A stretch of 64,000 nucleotides of DNA from Acidobacteriota bacterium (GCA_965205505.1 CBDBHB010000009.1:1408001-1472000); one strand, 5' to 3'. Shown: positions 9,615 to 19,819, numbered from the stretch's first letter. Notes: generated by a model not told the origin, from the sequence alone. Translations and numbers: made by a program.

Positions 9615-10028
9615 ATGGAACCCGGCACTCGACTAGGCCAGTACGAAATCCTCGACCGCCTCGGTGCAGGTGGAATGGGCGAGGTCTACCGCGCACGCGA
9701 TACGACGCTGGATCGTGACGTCGCGATCAAGGTGCTGCCTGAGGACTTTGCTGACGACGCCAACCGGCTGGCTCGCTTCGAGCGCGAAGCCAAGCTGCTC
9801 GCCTCGTTGAACCACCCCAACATCGCCACGATCTTCGGCTTCGAGGAATCGGATGGCGTGCGCTTCATCGCTATGGAGCTGGTCGAGGGTGTGCAACCAT
9901 CCGGCGAAAGGACGCAGATCTCGACCGATTCCGGGGGTTGGCCACTGTGGTCCAGGGACGGGGCGGCGATCTACTACGTGCTAGTGCCAGCTACGAACTT
10001 CAAATCAGCAAAGAGAACCTCAGGATGA
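9615..10028 (+). pseudogene. Internally deleted kinase-propeller gene (lineage B kinase N-lobe joined to a late propeller blade)
   Basis: [37 protein letters not shown] joined directly to [21 protein letters not shown]; no HRD or DFG. Confidence 0.85.
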
Positions 10029-10420
10029 TTCTTCGTACATTTGCACAATTGAAGGGGACACCGAATTTTGTCGAAGCGGATGGTTTCGTGAGCGCCCGCC
10101 TGGCGGTCGCGTCCGACAACCTGGGCTTCACCGTAACCGAGGCCGTCGGCGCGGCAGACATCGACCTCGAGGTCGAGCATAAGAATCACATCGAGGCCGT
10201 TTACATTCTCGAGGGAACCGGCACCGTCGAGATCATCGAGACCGGGGAGATTTATAGACTGGAGCCGGGAGTTTTCTATGCTTTCGACAAACATGAGCGT
10301 CACCGCTACAAGCTGGATACCGAAGTGCGCGCCATTGCCATTTTCAACCCGCCGCTGGTTGGCGACGAAGTCAACGACGAATCGGGTGGATACGCTCTCC
10401 CGGACGATGCCGAAAGCTGA
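10025..10420 (+). CDS. ectC: Ectoine synthase-like cupin (solitary)
   Basis: [45 protein letters not shown]. Confidence 0.8.
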   Translation: MILRTFAQLKGTPNFVEADGFVSARLAVASDNLGFTVTEAVGAADIDLEVEHKNHIEAVYILEGTGTVEIIETGEIYRLEPGVFYAFDKHERHRYKLDTEVRAIAIFNPPLVGDEVNDESGGYALPDDAES

Positions 10421-10672
10421 GGTTGTAGTCGCTCTACTTGGAGATTACCCGGGCAACTAACGACAAGGCGGAACACAGCAGCTTAGGTGATGCCATCCGG
10501 TGTTATCCCGATACAACTAACTGCCACGCAATTGCACCTGCGCCACGAAATCCACTACCCTCGCCCCCCTTGCTCTCCAGATTGCCTTGCGAGGATCGGC
10601 GTCGGCGGCTGGAAGGAATAGGTTTCGAGTAGGAGATTGTGCCGACCCCTGACGACAACCTCCCCGCCAGGA

Positions 10673-10714
10673 TGGTTCGACGAGCTGAAGCGGCTCGTGC
10701 CGACGGACCCGTAG
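10673..10714 (+). repeat. Isolated kinase-propeller 3' tail ([13 protein letters not shown])
   Basis: 42 nt nearly identical to 16500-16541, 26182-26223 and 31716-31757. Confidence 0.9.
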
Positions 10715-10742
10715 CGGCTGGCAGCCTCATCGGCAGACACCC

Positions 10743-11027
10743 ATGGATGACCCACGCCATCGCAGAGGCAGACACTCCTGGACCCTCAGCGATTGGTTGC
10801 GGGGCGCGGCTATCTCGGTGCTAGTAGCCGGAACCCTCGCCGTCGGGTTTGAGTTAGGCCGACAGGTCGGCGGTGTAGTAGCTGGCGCCTACTCGCAGGA
10901 TCGAGTTACAGGCGCAAGGGAGCGGGGTGAAGCGTTCGGCGGCTCAGTGGGTTTCATTGTCGCCGCGGGGTGCTGGCTGACCGTGGGGCTGACGGCGCTT
11001 AGACGCAGTTGGCAACCGTCTAGCTGA
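10743..11027 (+). CDS. Small hypothetical membrane protein
   Basis: 94 aa with two hydrophobic stretches. Confidence 0.4.
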   Translation: MDDPRHRRGRHSWTLSDWLRGAAISVLVAGTLAVGFELGRQVGGVVAGAYSQDRVTGARERGEAFGGSVGFIVAAGCWLTVGLTALRRSWQPSS

Positions 11028-11174
11028 CGGTTGAGACAGACTGGGCAGACACCAGTCATATGTCTGTTTAGGAGCCCGAGAAGGGCCGCCGACAGCCTCG
11101 CCGGCACTTCGGGTTGGGCTGCGTGCCCGTGGACGTTAGAGGGGCGCTGAGAGGGAGCGTCCCGGCACCTGCCT

Positions 11175-11203
11175 TGGACCCTCGCTCGCTCCGGCGATAG
11201 GCT
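11175..11203 (+). promoter_or_regulatory. Repeated promoter module, copy 3
   Basis: TGGACC-17 nt-TAGGCT-TCAG. Confidence 0.6.
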
Positions 11204-11270
11204 TCAGCCGCATATGAGCGCAGGGCCAGTAGTGGAGCCTTGAACCATGTGAGGAGGAAGCAATGGAGGC

Positions 11271-11699
11271 GCCTTTCGGATCGGTCGACTTGGTCGAGTC
11301 GCGCGAATCGTGCGCGTTCTTCGCGGGGTGCGCGCGACTCGCGACGTCCTGGCGTTCGTCGGGGAAAGACGGGCTCAGGCATCGTTGCTGAGCGCAGTCC
11401 TGATGGCGTTCCTTGTGGTGACCATCGCAAGCATCGCCGTCGTCCACCTGGAATCGCCGACCGGCAACATCAAGACTGCCTAAGATGCGCTCTGGTGGGC
11501 GACGGCCACTACCAGCACCGTCGGCTATGGCGACCTCTACCCGGTGACAATGGAGGGGCGTCTGTTCGTCGCCAACTGGTTCACCACTCCCGACGATGCG
11601 CGGCGTGAGGAAGGCATTGAAGCAATCCAGGAGGAGCTCGCGGTGATACGGGCGGAGATCAAACAGATCCATCGCTTGCTCGACGACCGTGGACGCTAG
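11271..11699 (+). pseudogene. Voltage-gated potassium channel remnant (not in ORF track)
   Basis: S4-like RIGRLGRVARIVRVLRGVR, DALWW, TVGYGD filter; in-frame TAA at 11481; N-terminus and inner helix missing. Confidence 0.9.
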
Positions 11700-11730
11700 C
11701 GCGCAGCCATGGCCGATCAGGCTCCAGCCG

Positions 11731-11806
11731 TGGACCCTCGCGTGCCCGACGATAGGCTTCAGGCGCTCACCCACCCCCCGCAGGGAGCGTCATGGAACCC
11801 GGCACC
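11731..11806 (+). promoter_or_regulatory. Repeated promoter module, copy 4, with minimal kinase start (MEPGT)
   Basis: TGGACC-16 nt-TAGGCT-TCAGGCGCTCACCCACCCC, then ATGGAACCCGGCAC at 11792. Confidence 0.7.
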
Positions 11807-11972
11807 ACGCCGTGCGGGGCGCCGAAGTGCTTGCCGAGAAACTGCAGAAGACTCGACCGCCCTCGGCGGCGCTCATCGAACAAATCATCAGTAAAGAGGG
11901 TGGTGTCCTCGGCGCGGAAATTGGACGACCCTCGAAGGAGCCGCCCGATTCCCGCAGCTCAAGCGAGTAACG

Positions 11973-13508
11973 CTAGTCCCCGGCCTTGACGACCTCTTTC
12001 ATGTACCAGTTGACGAAGCCGTTGGGGCCGCTCTCGTGGTTGGAGTAGCGACTGGGAGCGTAGGCGCCGGACTCGACGCCCACGTGGTTGTTGTCGGTGA
12101 TCCAGATGTCTTCCAGGAGCGTGATGTACCACAGCGCCTTCACGTTGTCCGGATCATAGTCGCGACCCTCGACGGCGTCGGGATGCACCAGCCAGATAGT
12201 CTCGCAATCGGTGAGCTTCTCCGTCCGCGGCGTAAACCGTGCTACCACAACGTGATCGTCGTAGGCTTGCCAGAAGCCGGTGGTCTGGCCTGACCCGGCT
12301 TGGTCAGTCTCGTTGTTCCACCCTGTGATGTTGGGAAGGAGGATTGAGACCGGCTTGCCGTCGACCGACCCGGTGACGAAGCCGGGATTGAGCATCCCCG
12401 ACGTCGCCGGCCAGGGAACGTCTTCGGTGGTACCGTCGGCGCCGCCTCCCATGCTACCTCCCATGCCGGCCTCGCCCTGCTGGTCGTAGGCGGAGCGAGG
12501 CGCGTTCGGCGCCCAGGCGCGCACGCGTGCGTCCTGCTCGGCCCACTGCTCGCGGGTGCCCTCCTCGTCCCAGTGGTGGGTGGTCACCAGATTCGTGTGC
12601 GCCGGGCCGCAGTGATAGCACTCCCTGAAGTTCTCGATAAACAGCTTCCAGTTGGCATTGATCGGGACGTACTCGCGTGCCGCGACCTTCAGATCCTCGA
12701 GGCTCCACTTCTCGCCGATGTCCCTCACCGAGCTCACAGCCGACTCGAAGTCCGGCGGCGTGTCCGACTTGGACAGGTTGATGAAGACCTGGCCTTCGGC
12801 GACCCGCGTGTGGCAGGGAAGCAAACCGTTGTCGGCCGGGTCGAAGTCGTCCTGCATGCCGTAGGCGTAGATCAGGTTGCCTTCGGTGTCGTACGTCCAG
12901 GCGTGGTATGGGCAGCGGAACACGGGTGAGCTACCGGACTGTCCGAGTTGCTTGACTGACAGGCGCGGGTCGCCAGGTTTGGCATCGGCGTCATGCCGGC
13001 ATACCCGCGAGCCGCGGTGGCGGCAGACGTTGTAGAACCCTCGGATCTCGTTGTCCTGACCACGAACGATCAGGATGGACTCGGAGCGACCGAACTCGAA
13101 CACGTAGTAGTCACCCGGGTTCGCAATACGACTCGCCTGGTCGGTGTACTGCCAGATGTTCTCCGCTAGGAAGGCCTCGTCGGCGTCGAAGTGCTTTGCG
13201 TCCAAGTAATACTCGCCGGGAAGGGTCAGGCCGTCTTTCCAGCCGTTCACACTGGCCGTCTGGGGAACCGGGCCCGGGAGGGGAGTCGCCCCACTGCCAC
13301 CGTAGCCAGCGGGCTCGTCTGGCATCTCGACACGAGCCGCACGACCATAGGTCGTCTTCGTCGCGGCGGTCTTGGTCGGGGTCGAGCCGAGCAACGTGTT
13401 AGGCAGGGCGACAGCCGCGGTACCGGCGGCGACCGAGGTCTTTGCGAAAGTCCGGCGGCTCAGCTTGGCATCCGCGCCGTTCGTCTCACCTGCATCTCGC
13501 TTGCTCAT
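11973..13508 (-). CDS. Rieske non-heme iron oxygenase alpha subunit (GbcA/choline monooxygenase-like) with twin-arginine leader
   Basis: CRHRG..CPYHAW Rieske motif; ANWK..EN..ECYHC...H; ED; N-terminal SRRTFAK plus hydrophobic stretch. Confidence 0.9.
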   Translation of the reverse strand: MSKRDAGETNGADAKLSRRTFAKTSVAAGTAAVALPNTLLGSTPTKTAATKTTYGRAARVEMPDEPAGYGGSGATPLPGPVPQTASVNGWKDGLTLPGEYYLDAKHFDADEAFLAENIWQYTDQASRIANPGDYYVFEFGRSESILIVRGQDNEIRGFYNVCRHRGSRVCRHDADAKPGDPRLSVKQLGQSGSSPVFRCPYHAWTYDTEGNLIYAYGMQDDFDPADNGLLPCHTRVAEGQVFINLSKSDTPPDFESAVSSVRDIGEKWSLEDLKVAAREYVPINANWKLFIENFRECYHCGPAHTNLVTTHHWDEEGTREQWAEQDARVRAWAPNAPRSAYDQQGEAGMGGSMGGGADGTTEDVPWPATSGMLNPGFVTGSVDGKPVSILLPNITGWNNETDQAGSGQTTGFWQAYDDHVVVARFTPRTEKLTDCETIWLVHPDAVEGRDYDPDNVKALWYITLLEDIWITDNNHVGVESGAYAPSRYSNHESGPNGFVNWYMKEVVKAGD

Positions 13509-13714
13509 GCCGCCCTCCATCCGTCGAGTCTGAAGCTGCAGATCCCTCCGCTTGCCACGACGACCGATATCACGACCCCGGTGGTATTACAACCGTAGCG
13601 CCGTCAGTCTGACGCCCGACCCGATCGAGCGTGCCCTTGTGCAGATCGAGGCGGATACGACGCTGGCGGAGGCGCGGACGGTCGGATTTGATCTGGCATT
13701 GGACCTGGAACTGA

Positions 13715-14722
13715 TCAGCGGCCGCGGGCCATGAACGCGTCGACCTCAGCTGCGCGATAAGGCAAGCCGCTGCTGAGGACCTCGTGACCGTCTTGTGTCA
13801 CGACGATCATGTCCTCTAGGTAGAAGGCATCGGGGCCCACCGTGACCATGGGCTCGTAGGCGAGCACCGTGCCGGCGCGCAGCACCGGAAGCGCCTCCTC
13901 GCCACTCTCGATCCCGACGCCGTGCAGGTGCCATGCGGCGTCCACATCCAGGAGCAGGGCGGCCTGTCGGGCCCCGTCAGAGCTCAGGGACGGCGTCAAC
14001 TCGCGCACCCGCGCCCGGCTCGCGGCCCGAACCTCAGCGACCGTTACGCCGTCGGCGATGATCTAGAGACCGGCGAGGTACCCCTCGATGAGCAGCTCCA
14101 CCTCGGCGCTCGATTTCACCCAGCGAAGCTCCCGGATCACCTGCAGTGCCGAGGCGATAGTCGCCTCCGGAAAGGCCTCCTCGAGGGCAGTGCGCCACAG
14201 CGCCATGGGCCCCGCTACCGGGCGCAAGCCCGCCGGCGAGCCGGTCGACTCGACCCGGCGGGGCTCGTCCACGTAGAGAGGCACCGAGGCTTCATCGAGA
14301 CGCTGGCGTAACCACGGCAGAAACCGATCCCAGTGTTCGACACGGGTCAGGGTGAGCTGGCGCGCCGTGTCGCTCCCCGGTGTTACCCCGACCCCTGGAA
14401 CCGGCCTGCCGAAGGAGATCGGGGCCGGCGGGGCGAACAACAACGACTCCTGTCGTGGAGCATCGAGGGCGAGAATCGCCCCCGGCTGTTCGGCCAACCC
14501 GGTGAAGTAGAAGAAAGAGGCGTCCTGCCGGAAGCTCGGCTGATCCTCGGACTTCCCTTCGGACCGCGCGTGCAGTAGCAGGATCCCGTCCGAGAGCCGC
14601 TCCATCGCCTGCTGGCGTCGCCCTGCGTATTCCTCGTTGCCGACTTGTACGGTGGCAGTGGCGGTCAGGACGAGCGAGGCGGCGAGCGAAAGGCGGACGA
14701 GCACGACGCGAGGATGTCCCAA
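13715..14722 (-). pseudogene. Xaa-Pro aminopeptidase (M24), internally deleted and frameshifted
   Basis: FRQD.SFFYFTG, LRWVKS.AEVEL, then HGVG..YEP..LEDMIVVT.DG.EVLS in another frame; central metal-binding part absent. Confidence 0.8.
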
Positions 14723-14753
14723 GTCACGGCGCGCAGCAACCGCTCCAACCGCC

Positions 14754-14936
14754 CTAGACCTCGAACCGTTCCCACTGCGACCGGACGTCCTCCATCAATT
14801 CCTTGAAGCGCTGCTCCTGCCGGAGGTTCTGCAACAGTGGATCGTACTGGGAGAGAAAGGGATAGCAGATGAGCCCTTGTTGCGTGGAAATCTCTAGCCA
14901 CTCGATCGCCCTGTCCCGTTCATCGATCAAGGCATA
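14754..14936 (-). pseudogene. Orphan C-terminal tail of a TPR-type signalling protein
   Basis: YALIDERDRAIEWLEISTQQGLICYPFLSQYDPLLQNLRQEQRFKELMEDVRSQWERFEV*. Confidence 0.7.
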
Positions 14937-14978
14937 GATCGGCTGGCGCGGTTCGAGCGCGAAGCGAAGCGGTTGGCA
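14937..14978 (+). pseudogene. Micro-fragment of lineage B kinase
   Basis: [14 protein letters not shown]. Confidence 0.65.
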
Positions 14979-15003
14979 CGGGTGCGCCGCCGCCGGTCGG
15001 ATA

Positions 15004-16209
15004 CTAGGCGAATCGTTCGGGGCGGTAAGGGGCGAGCGCTTCCGTCCCGTTGTCCGTGAGGACCTCGCGACTGATCAGCTCCCCCATGATTGGCGCCAGC
15101 GTCACGCCGCTGTGCATGACGGCGAGATAGACATGTGAGGAACCGGGGATGTATCCGACAATGGGCAAGCCGTCGGATGGCATCGGTCGGAAACCGAGCG
15201 TCAGCCGATCGAGCGCAGCGTACCGTGCGTCATGCATGACCTCGCCGATCCGCCCCAAGATGCGCTCACCGTGCTCGTAGCGTACTGCTTGGCTCGGGAA
15301 CCCACCCGCCTGCCGTAGGATTTCCTCGTGGTCCGGTGTGCTCGGTGGGACGTCGCTGTCGGCTCCCACCAAGCGCCCGTCAGGGAACTGTTTGAAGTGC
15401 ACCCCGGGCGCGTAGTGTACGGCGCTCGACACCAACTGCATCGGCCTGCTGTGAGCGAGAATTCCTGGGGCGTGATCCAGTGGCGGTCGATACCCGACGA
15501 GGGATGTCAGCCTGCCGCTGTCGACACCTGCGGCGATCACCAACCGGTCGAGATGGTAGTCGCCGACGGTTGTCGCGACGCCTATGCGGCGGCCTTCCAT
15601 CCGTAGGCCGGTCACCTCGCAGGGCATGATGAGCTCGACTCCATGTCCCCGGGCTGCCTTCAGCAGCTTGTTCGTCACCGCCACCGGGTCGATATGCCCG
15701 TCGATTCCGCAATGAAGCGCGATCTCGAAGGTGCCGGGGGATAGGTGTGGCGCAATGCTGGAGAAGTCGGATGGCGTCAGAGATCTCACCAGGTAGTCGG
15801 GCGATGAGATGGCTGCATGCAGGGCACGCAACTCAGCCGCCGCTTCCTCTGCCGCGGCCGTATCCGGCTCCCACATGAAGACCCCGCCCCAGTTGATTTG
15901 CAGCTCATGTTCCGAGTCGAGCGCGGCCCAGGCGCGCAGGCTACGACGCCGCAGCTGGTGATAGTCGACGTTGTCGGTCATCGCGTTGAGCCAGGCGAAG
16001 CTCTTGGAGGTGGCCCCCGCTGCCGGCGCTTCGCGCTCGAAGAGCGTGACCTCGGCGCCGGCCTTGGCAAGATGGAGGCAGATCGAGGTGCCGACGATCC
16101 CCCCGCCGACGACTCCTATGCGCGGCTGTGCTTGCCGGGCTATCGAAACGCGCGGCAACGCCAATGCCGTTGCGCCGGCCAGATGCTTGAGAAAAGCGCG
16201 CCGCTTCAT
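15004..16209 (-). CDS. FAD-dependent oxidoreductase, DAO/glycine oxidase family, Tat signal
   Basis: MKRRAFLK, VVGGGIVG, GATSKSFAWLN, GFRPMPSDGLPIVG, HSGVTLAP. Confidence 0.88.
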   Translation of the reverse strand: MKRRAFLKHLAGATALALPRVSIARQAQPRIGVVGGGIVGTSICLHLAKAGAEVTLFEREAPAAGATSKSFAWLNAMTDNVDYHQLRRRSLRAWAALDSEHELQINWGGVFMWEPDTAAAEEAAAELRALHAAISSPDYLVRSLTPSDFSSIAPHLSPGTFEIALHCGIDGHIDPVAVTNKLLKAARGHGVELIMPCEVTGLRMEGRRIGVATTVGDYHLDRLVIAAGVDSGRLTSLVGYRPPLDHAPGILAHSRPMQLVSSAVHYAPGVHFKQFPDGRLVGADSDVPPSTPDHEEILRQAGGFPSQAVRYEHGERILGRIGEVMHDARYAALDRLTLGFRPMPSDGLPIVGYIPGSSHVYLAVMHSGVTLAPIMGELISREVLTDNGTEALAPYRPERFA

Positions 16210-16400
16210 TTCGCCCACTCCTCACTGGTCATGCTACTGCCGATGGAGCAATCGATCCAGCCCGTCCCAACCGTTCGTACCAGGCCGACCTACGGTCATC
16301 GTGAGCGTACCGTCAGTACCGTTGCCACCGCATGCGAAGTCGATACGAGCGATGCAGATCATCGGGTTCTGTGTGACTTCCGGCATGGTGCTGTAATGCC

Positions 16401-16541
16401 AACTACGACGTGACGGGCGACGGTCAGCGGTTCGTGATGTTCCCCGAGACGGGTGCAGGCGAGCAACTTCGTAGCGGTCATGTGACGATGGTCACCAACT
16501 GGTTCGACGAGCTGAAGCGGCTCGTGCCGACGGATCCGTAG
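16401..16541 (+). pseudogene. Kinase-propeller 3' remnant
   Basis: [29 protein letters not shown]. Confidence 0.88.
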
Positions 16542-16580
16542 CGCGCTCAGTCGAATCTGTCAGCACCGCCCGCTCACCGC

Positions 16581-16599
16581 CGTCTCCAAAACGTCTCCA
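16581..16599 (+). repeat. Third copy of the 5' end of the 150-bp repeat
   Basis: CGTCTCCAAAACGTCTCCA, identical to the starts at 7035 and 9177. Confidence 0.8.
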
Positions 16600-16657
16600 A
16601 CCTGAGGTGCTCCCCGGTACGGACCGCAGCTAACCTCTTGACCGGCGCCTTTTCACT

Positions 16658-19381
16658 TCACTCCGCCTGCAGCGCTTTCACGGGATCGGCACGCGCTGTG
16701 CGGCGCGCCGGCAGATAGCAGGCGACCAGGCCGACCAGCAGGAGGACGGCCACGACCGTGCCGTAGGTTGCACTATCGGTAGGGCTCACGCCGTATAGGA
16801 GACTCGACACCCAGGGAGCCAGTGCGGTTGCCGCCAGCACGCCGACTGCGATGCTTACGACTCCGGCGCCCGATGCAAGTACCGATCGCACCAGGCGTTG
16901 AGGGCTGGCTCCGAGAGCGATACGGACGCCGAACTCGTGCCGCCGCTGATCGACGGCATAGGAAACGACGCCGTACACGCCCACGGCCGCCAGCGTCAGC
17001 GCCAGGACGCCGAAGGCGCTCAGCAGTACGAGCATGAACCGCGCCTCGGCGCGAGCGTCGAGGACGTAGTCGCTCAGCGGGCGCATGTCGTTGATCGGTA
17101 GGTCCGGATCCAACGCCCAGACCTGCTCGCGCAGCATCGGGCTGAGGCTTTCCGGAGCGAGCTCGCTGCGCACCGTGATGCGCATAGTTCGCGACGCACG
17201 CTGGTCCTGCGGGAAGTACATGTGCTCACGCAGGTCCGCTGTGAGGGTGTAGATGCGCGTATGCTCGACCACCCCGACGACGGTCCGGTTGTTGCCCAGC
17301 CTCGTGGTCTGCAGTTGCTTGCCGATCGGGTCTTCACCGGGCCAGGCGCGTTCGGCGAGCATCTGCTCGACGATTACCGCCGGCTCCCCATCCGCCCGGT
17401 CCCGGCTGTCGAAGACGCGGCCGGCCAGCAACTGGATACCCATGGATTCGAAGTAGCCGGGTACCACGCTTCGCCCGTCGGCACTGAGGTTGAAGTGCGA
17501 AGCTGTCTCGTCGTCGTATGCGTAGGGCAGCAGAGGACCGCTGCCGGTTAGCGGCAGTTGTGTCGTGCCGCCGATAGTCTCCACACCACGCAGCGCGCGG
17601 ATGCGCTCGGTGAGGCTGCGGTAGAAAGCGGTGATGGCCTCGCGGTCCGGATAGTCGGCACGCGGCAGCGCCAGCCCGAAGGTCATTACATGCTCGTGGT
17701 CGAATCCCGGACGGATCTGCTGCAACGCTTCAAAGCTGCGGATCATCAACCCGGCGCCGACCAACAGAACCAACGACAGGGCGATCTCGGCTCCAACTAG
17801 CGAGGTGCGCAAACGCGACGCGGTGGCGGAGGTCCCGGCACGGGCGCCGTCCTTGAGCGTCGCGGTCAGATCGGTCCGCGAGGCCAGATAGGCCGGGGCG
17901 ATGCCGAAGATGACCGCGGTGAGCACCGTGGCGGCGGCCGTGAACGCCAGTACCGCGCCGTTGATGGCGATGTCATCGAGGCGCGGCAGGTTGGGTGGCT
18001 GTAGGCGCGTGAGCGTCGCCAGCCCGACGTAGGTGATCCCGAGGCCGCCGAGCGCGCCGAGCGTAGCGAGTCCCAGGCTCTCGAGCAATGCCTGGCGAGC
18101 GATCACACTGCGCCGGGCGCCGAGCGCGGCGCGCACCGCGAATTCTGGCTGTCTAGCGGTGCCGCGCAGCAGCAAGAGATGGGCGACGTTGGCGCAGGCG
18201 ATCAGCAGCACGAAGCCGACGGCTCCAAGGAGCGTCAGCAGCGCCGGGCGCGCCTGCTTGACGATGTCGCCGTGGAAGGGCACCAGCCGGATCTGCATGC
18301 CCGAGGCGGCGTGCTCCGGGTGAGTGGCACGCAGTGTTGCGGCAACGGCATCCATCTCGCTTTGGGCCTCCTGGAGCGAGACCCCGGGCGCCAGCTTGCC
18401 GAGCACGGTGTAGGCGGTCCAGTTGCGCGGCGGCAGGCGTTCGTAGTTGGTCTGCAACGGCACCCAGATCTCGGCGTCCTTGATCAGGAACGCCTCGTTG
18501 GGCAGTAGCAGTCGGAAGCTTCTCGGCAGCACGCCAACGACGGCGAAGGCGCGGCCGTCCAGCTGAATCGTGCTGCCCACTACCGCAGGGTCGCCGCCCC
18601 AGCGCTGTTGCCAGAGCCGGTGGCTGAGCATGGCCACCTGTGGGCCGCCGAACTGTTCCTCTTCTTCTGTGAACTGGCGGCCGAGCAGCGGCTCGACGCC
18701 AAGCATGGAGAAGAAGTTGTGCGTGACCGGCGAGACGTCGACACTACGCGGCGGGCCATCGCCGGTAAGGACGCCTTGGAGGCCCACCTGGCCGCTGCCC
18801 GAGGCGGCCGCGAACTCCTCGAGCGTCTTGCTTATCTGCTGGTAGTCGCGGAAATCTGCTGCGTGGACCGCCGGCAGAAACTGGCGCTCCTCCACAAGAT
18901 CGTTCCAGACGTTTACCAGGCGGTGCGAGTCGGCGTAGGGCAACGGCCGCAGCAAGACCCCATGGACAACGCTGAAGATGAGTGTCGTGGCGCCCATTCC
19001 GAGCCCGATGGTCACGGTGGCGGTGAGGGTGAAGCCGGGCGCCGCGGCCAACGAGCGGACGGTCACACGTACTTCCGAAGATAGGTGATCGAGGACGCCG
19101 GACAACCACCCGCGCGTGCGGTAGCGATCACGACGCGGCCCCTGGCCGCGCGTGCTGTAGCCGAAGAGTCGTCGCCAGCGGGTGAGTGTGGCGCTAGTGA
19201 CGACGTCGCGAATGGCGGAGATCCAGGCTTTCACCGTACCGAGACGTTCGGCGCGTGTATTCGGATCGTTGATGGTGGCGCTGAACATCGCCTCCATGTC
19301 GGCGCCGTTGCGCTGCCGGAAGTCTCGCGGCAGCACGTGCATCAGACTCCGATAAAGAGCCAAGGTCCGCTTGCCGCTCAT
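16658..19381 (-). CDS. Duplicated MacB/FtsX ABC permease (ADOP family)
   Basis: APGFT..GATTLIFSVVHGVLLRPLPY, VLLIACANVA, EFAVRAALGA, CYLPARR. Confidence 0.92.
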   Translation of the reverse strand: MSGKRTLALYRSLMHVLPRDFRQRNGADMEAMFSATINDPNTRAERLGTVKAWISAIRDVVTSATLTRWRRLFGYSTRGQGPRRDRYRTRGWLSGVLDHLSSEVRVTVRSLAAAPGFTLTATVTIGLGMGATTLIFSVVHGVLLRPLPYADSHRLVNVWNDLVEERQFLPAVHAADFRDYQQISKTLEEFAAASGSGQVGLQGVLTGDGPPRSVDVSPVTHNFFSMLGVEPLLGRQFTEEEEQFGGPQVAMLSHRLWQQRWGGDPAVVGSTIQLDGRAFAVVGVLPRSFRLLLPNEAFLIKDAEIWVPLQTNYERLPPRNWTAYTVLGKLAPGVSLQEAQSEMDAVAATLRATHPEHAASGMQIRLVPFHGDIVKQARPALLTLLGAVGFVLLIACANVAHLLLLRGTARQPEFAVRAALGARRSVIARQALLESLGLATLGALGGLGITYVGLATLTRLQPPNLPRLDDIAINGAVLAFTAAATVLTAVIFGIAPAYLASRTDLTATLKDGARAGTSATASRLRTSLVGAEIALSLVLLVGAGLMIRSFEALQQIRPGFDHEHVMTFGLALPRADYPDREAITAFYRSLTERIRALRGVETIGGTTQLPLTGSGPLLPYAYDDETASHFNLSADGRSVVPGYFESMGIQLLAGRVFDSRDRADGEPAVIVEQMLAERAWPGEDPIGKQLQTTRLGNNRTVVGVVEHTRIYTLTADLREHMYFPQDQRASRTMRITVRSELAPESLSPMLREQVWALDPDLPINDMRPLSDYVLDARAEARFMLVLLSAFGVLALTLAAVGVYGVVSYAVDQRRHEFGVRIALGASPQRLVRSVLASGAGVVSIAVGVLAATALAPWVSSLLYGVSPTDSATYGTVVAVLLLVGLVACYLPARRTARADPVKALQAE

Positions 19382-19735
19382 GCGGTGTGCTTCTTGGAGG
19401 CTGTCGCCTTGGCGCGTGCGAATCGCGCCAGCGCCTCAAGGCGTTCGGCGTCTTCGGCCAGCCGCTCACGCCCGGTGGTTGTAATGCGGAAGTAGCGGCG
19501 CCGACCGCTTGCCCCGGGCGGCCGCTCATCGGGACGGGTCAGCTCTTGTATGAGACCGATCTCGACGAGCTGCTCGAGCGTGCCATACAACATTGCCGGC
19601 CACAGGCGCAGACCGCCGTCGGTTTGCTGCAACACCTGATCGACAATTCCCGAGCCATGCCGCGGCTCGTCGGACAAGCGCCAGCAGGATGTGAAACCAG
19701 CGTGGCTGCAGGGTCTGGTTGCGGCGAGGAGCCAT
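19378..19735 (-). CDS. PadR-family regulator, frameshifted near 19678
   Basis: MAPRRNQTLQPRWFHILLAL / DEPRHG..LWPAMLYGTL..RRRYFRITTTG; stop overlaps the ADOP start. Confidence 0.85.
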
Positions 19736-19754
19736 GATGTAGACGATCTCCTGT

Positions 19755-19786
19755 TATCAATTGGTATTTTATTAATTGATAGTATA
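19755..19786 (-). promoter_or_regulatory. AT-rich inverted repeat operator and -10 box upstream of padR
   Basis: TATCAATT-N11-AATTGATA; minus-strand TATACT at 19781-19786. Confidence 0.55.
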
Positions 19787-19819
19787 GAAGACGGCGAACT
19801 CGTCGCGCCGTTCGTGTGC

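Noticed and set aside
10443-10522. Imperfect direct repeat containing CAACTAAC twice after ectC
   Set aside because: Only two short degenerate copies with no matching GTTRRRY partner; could be chance.
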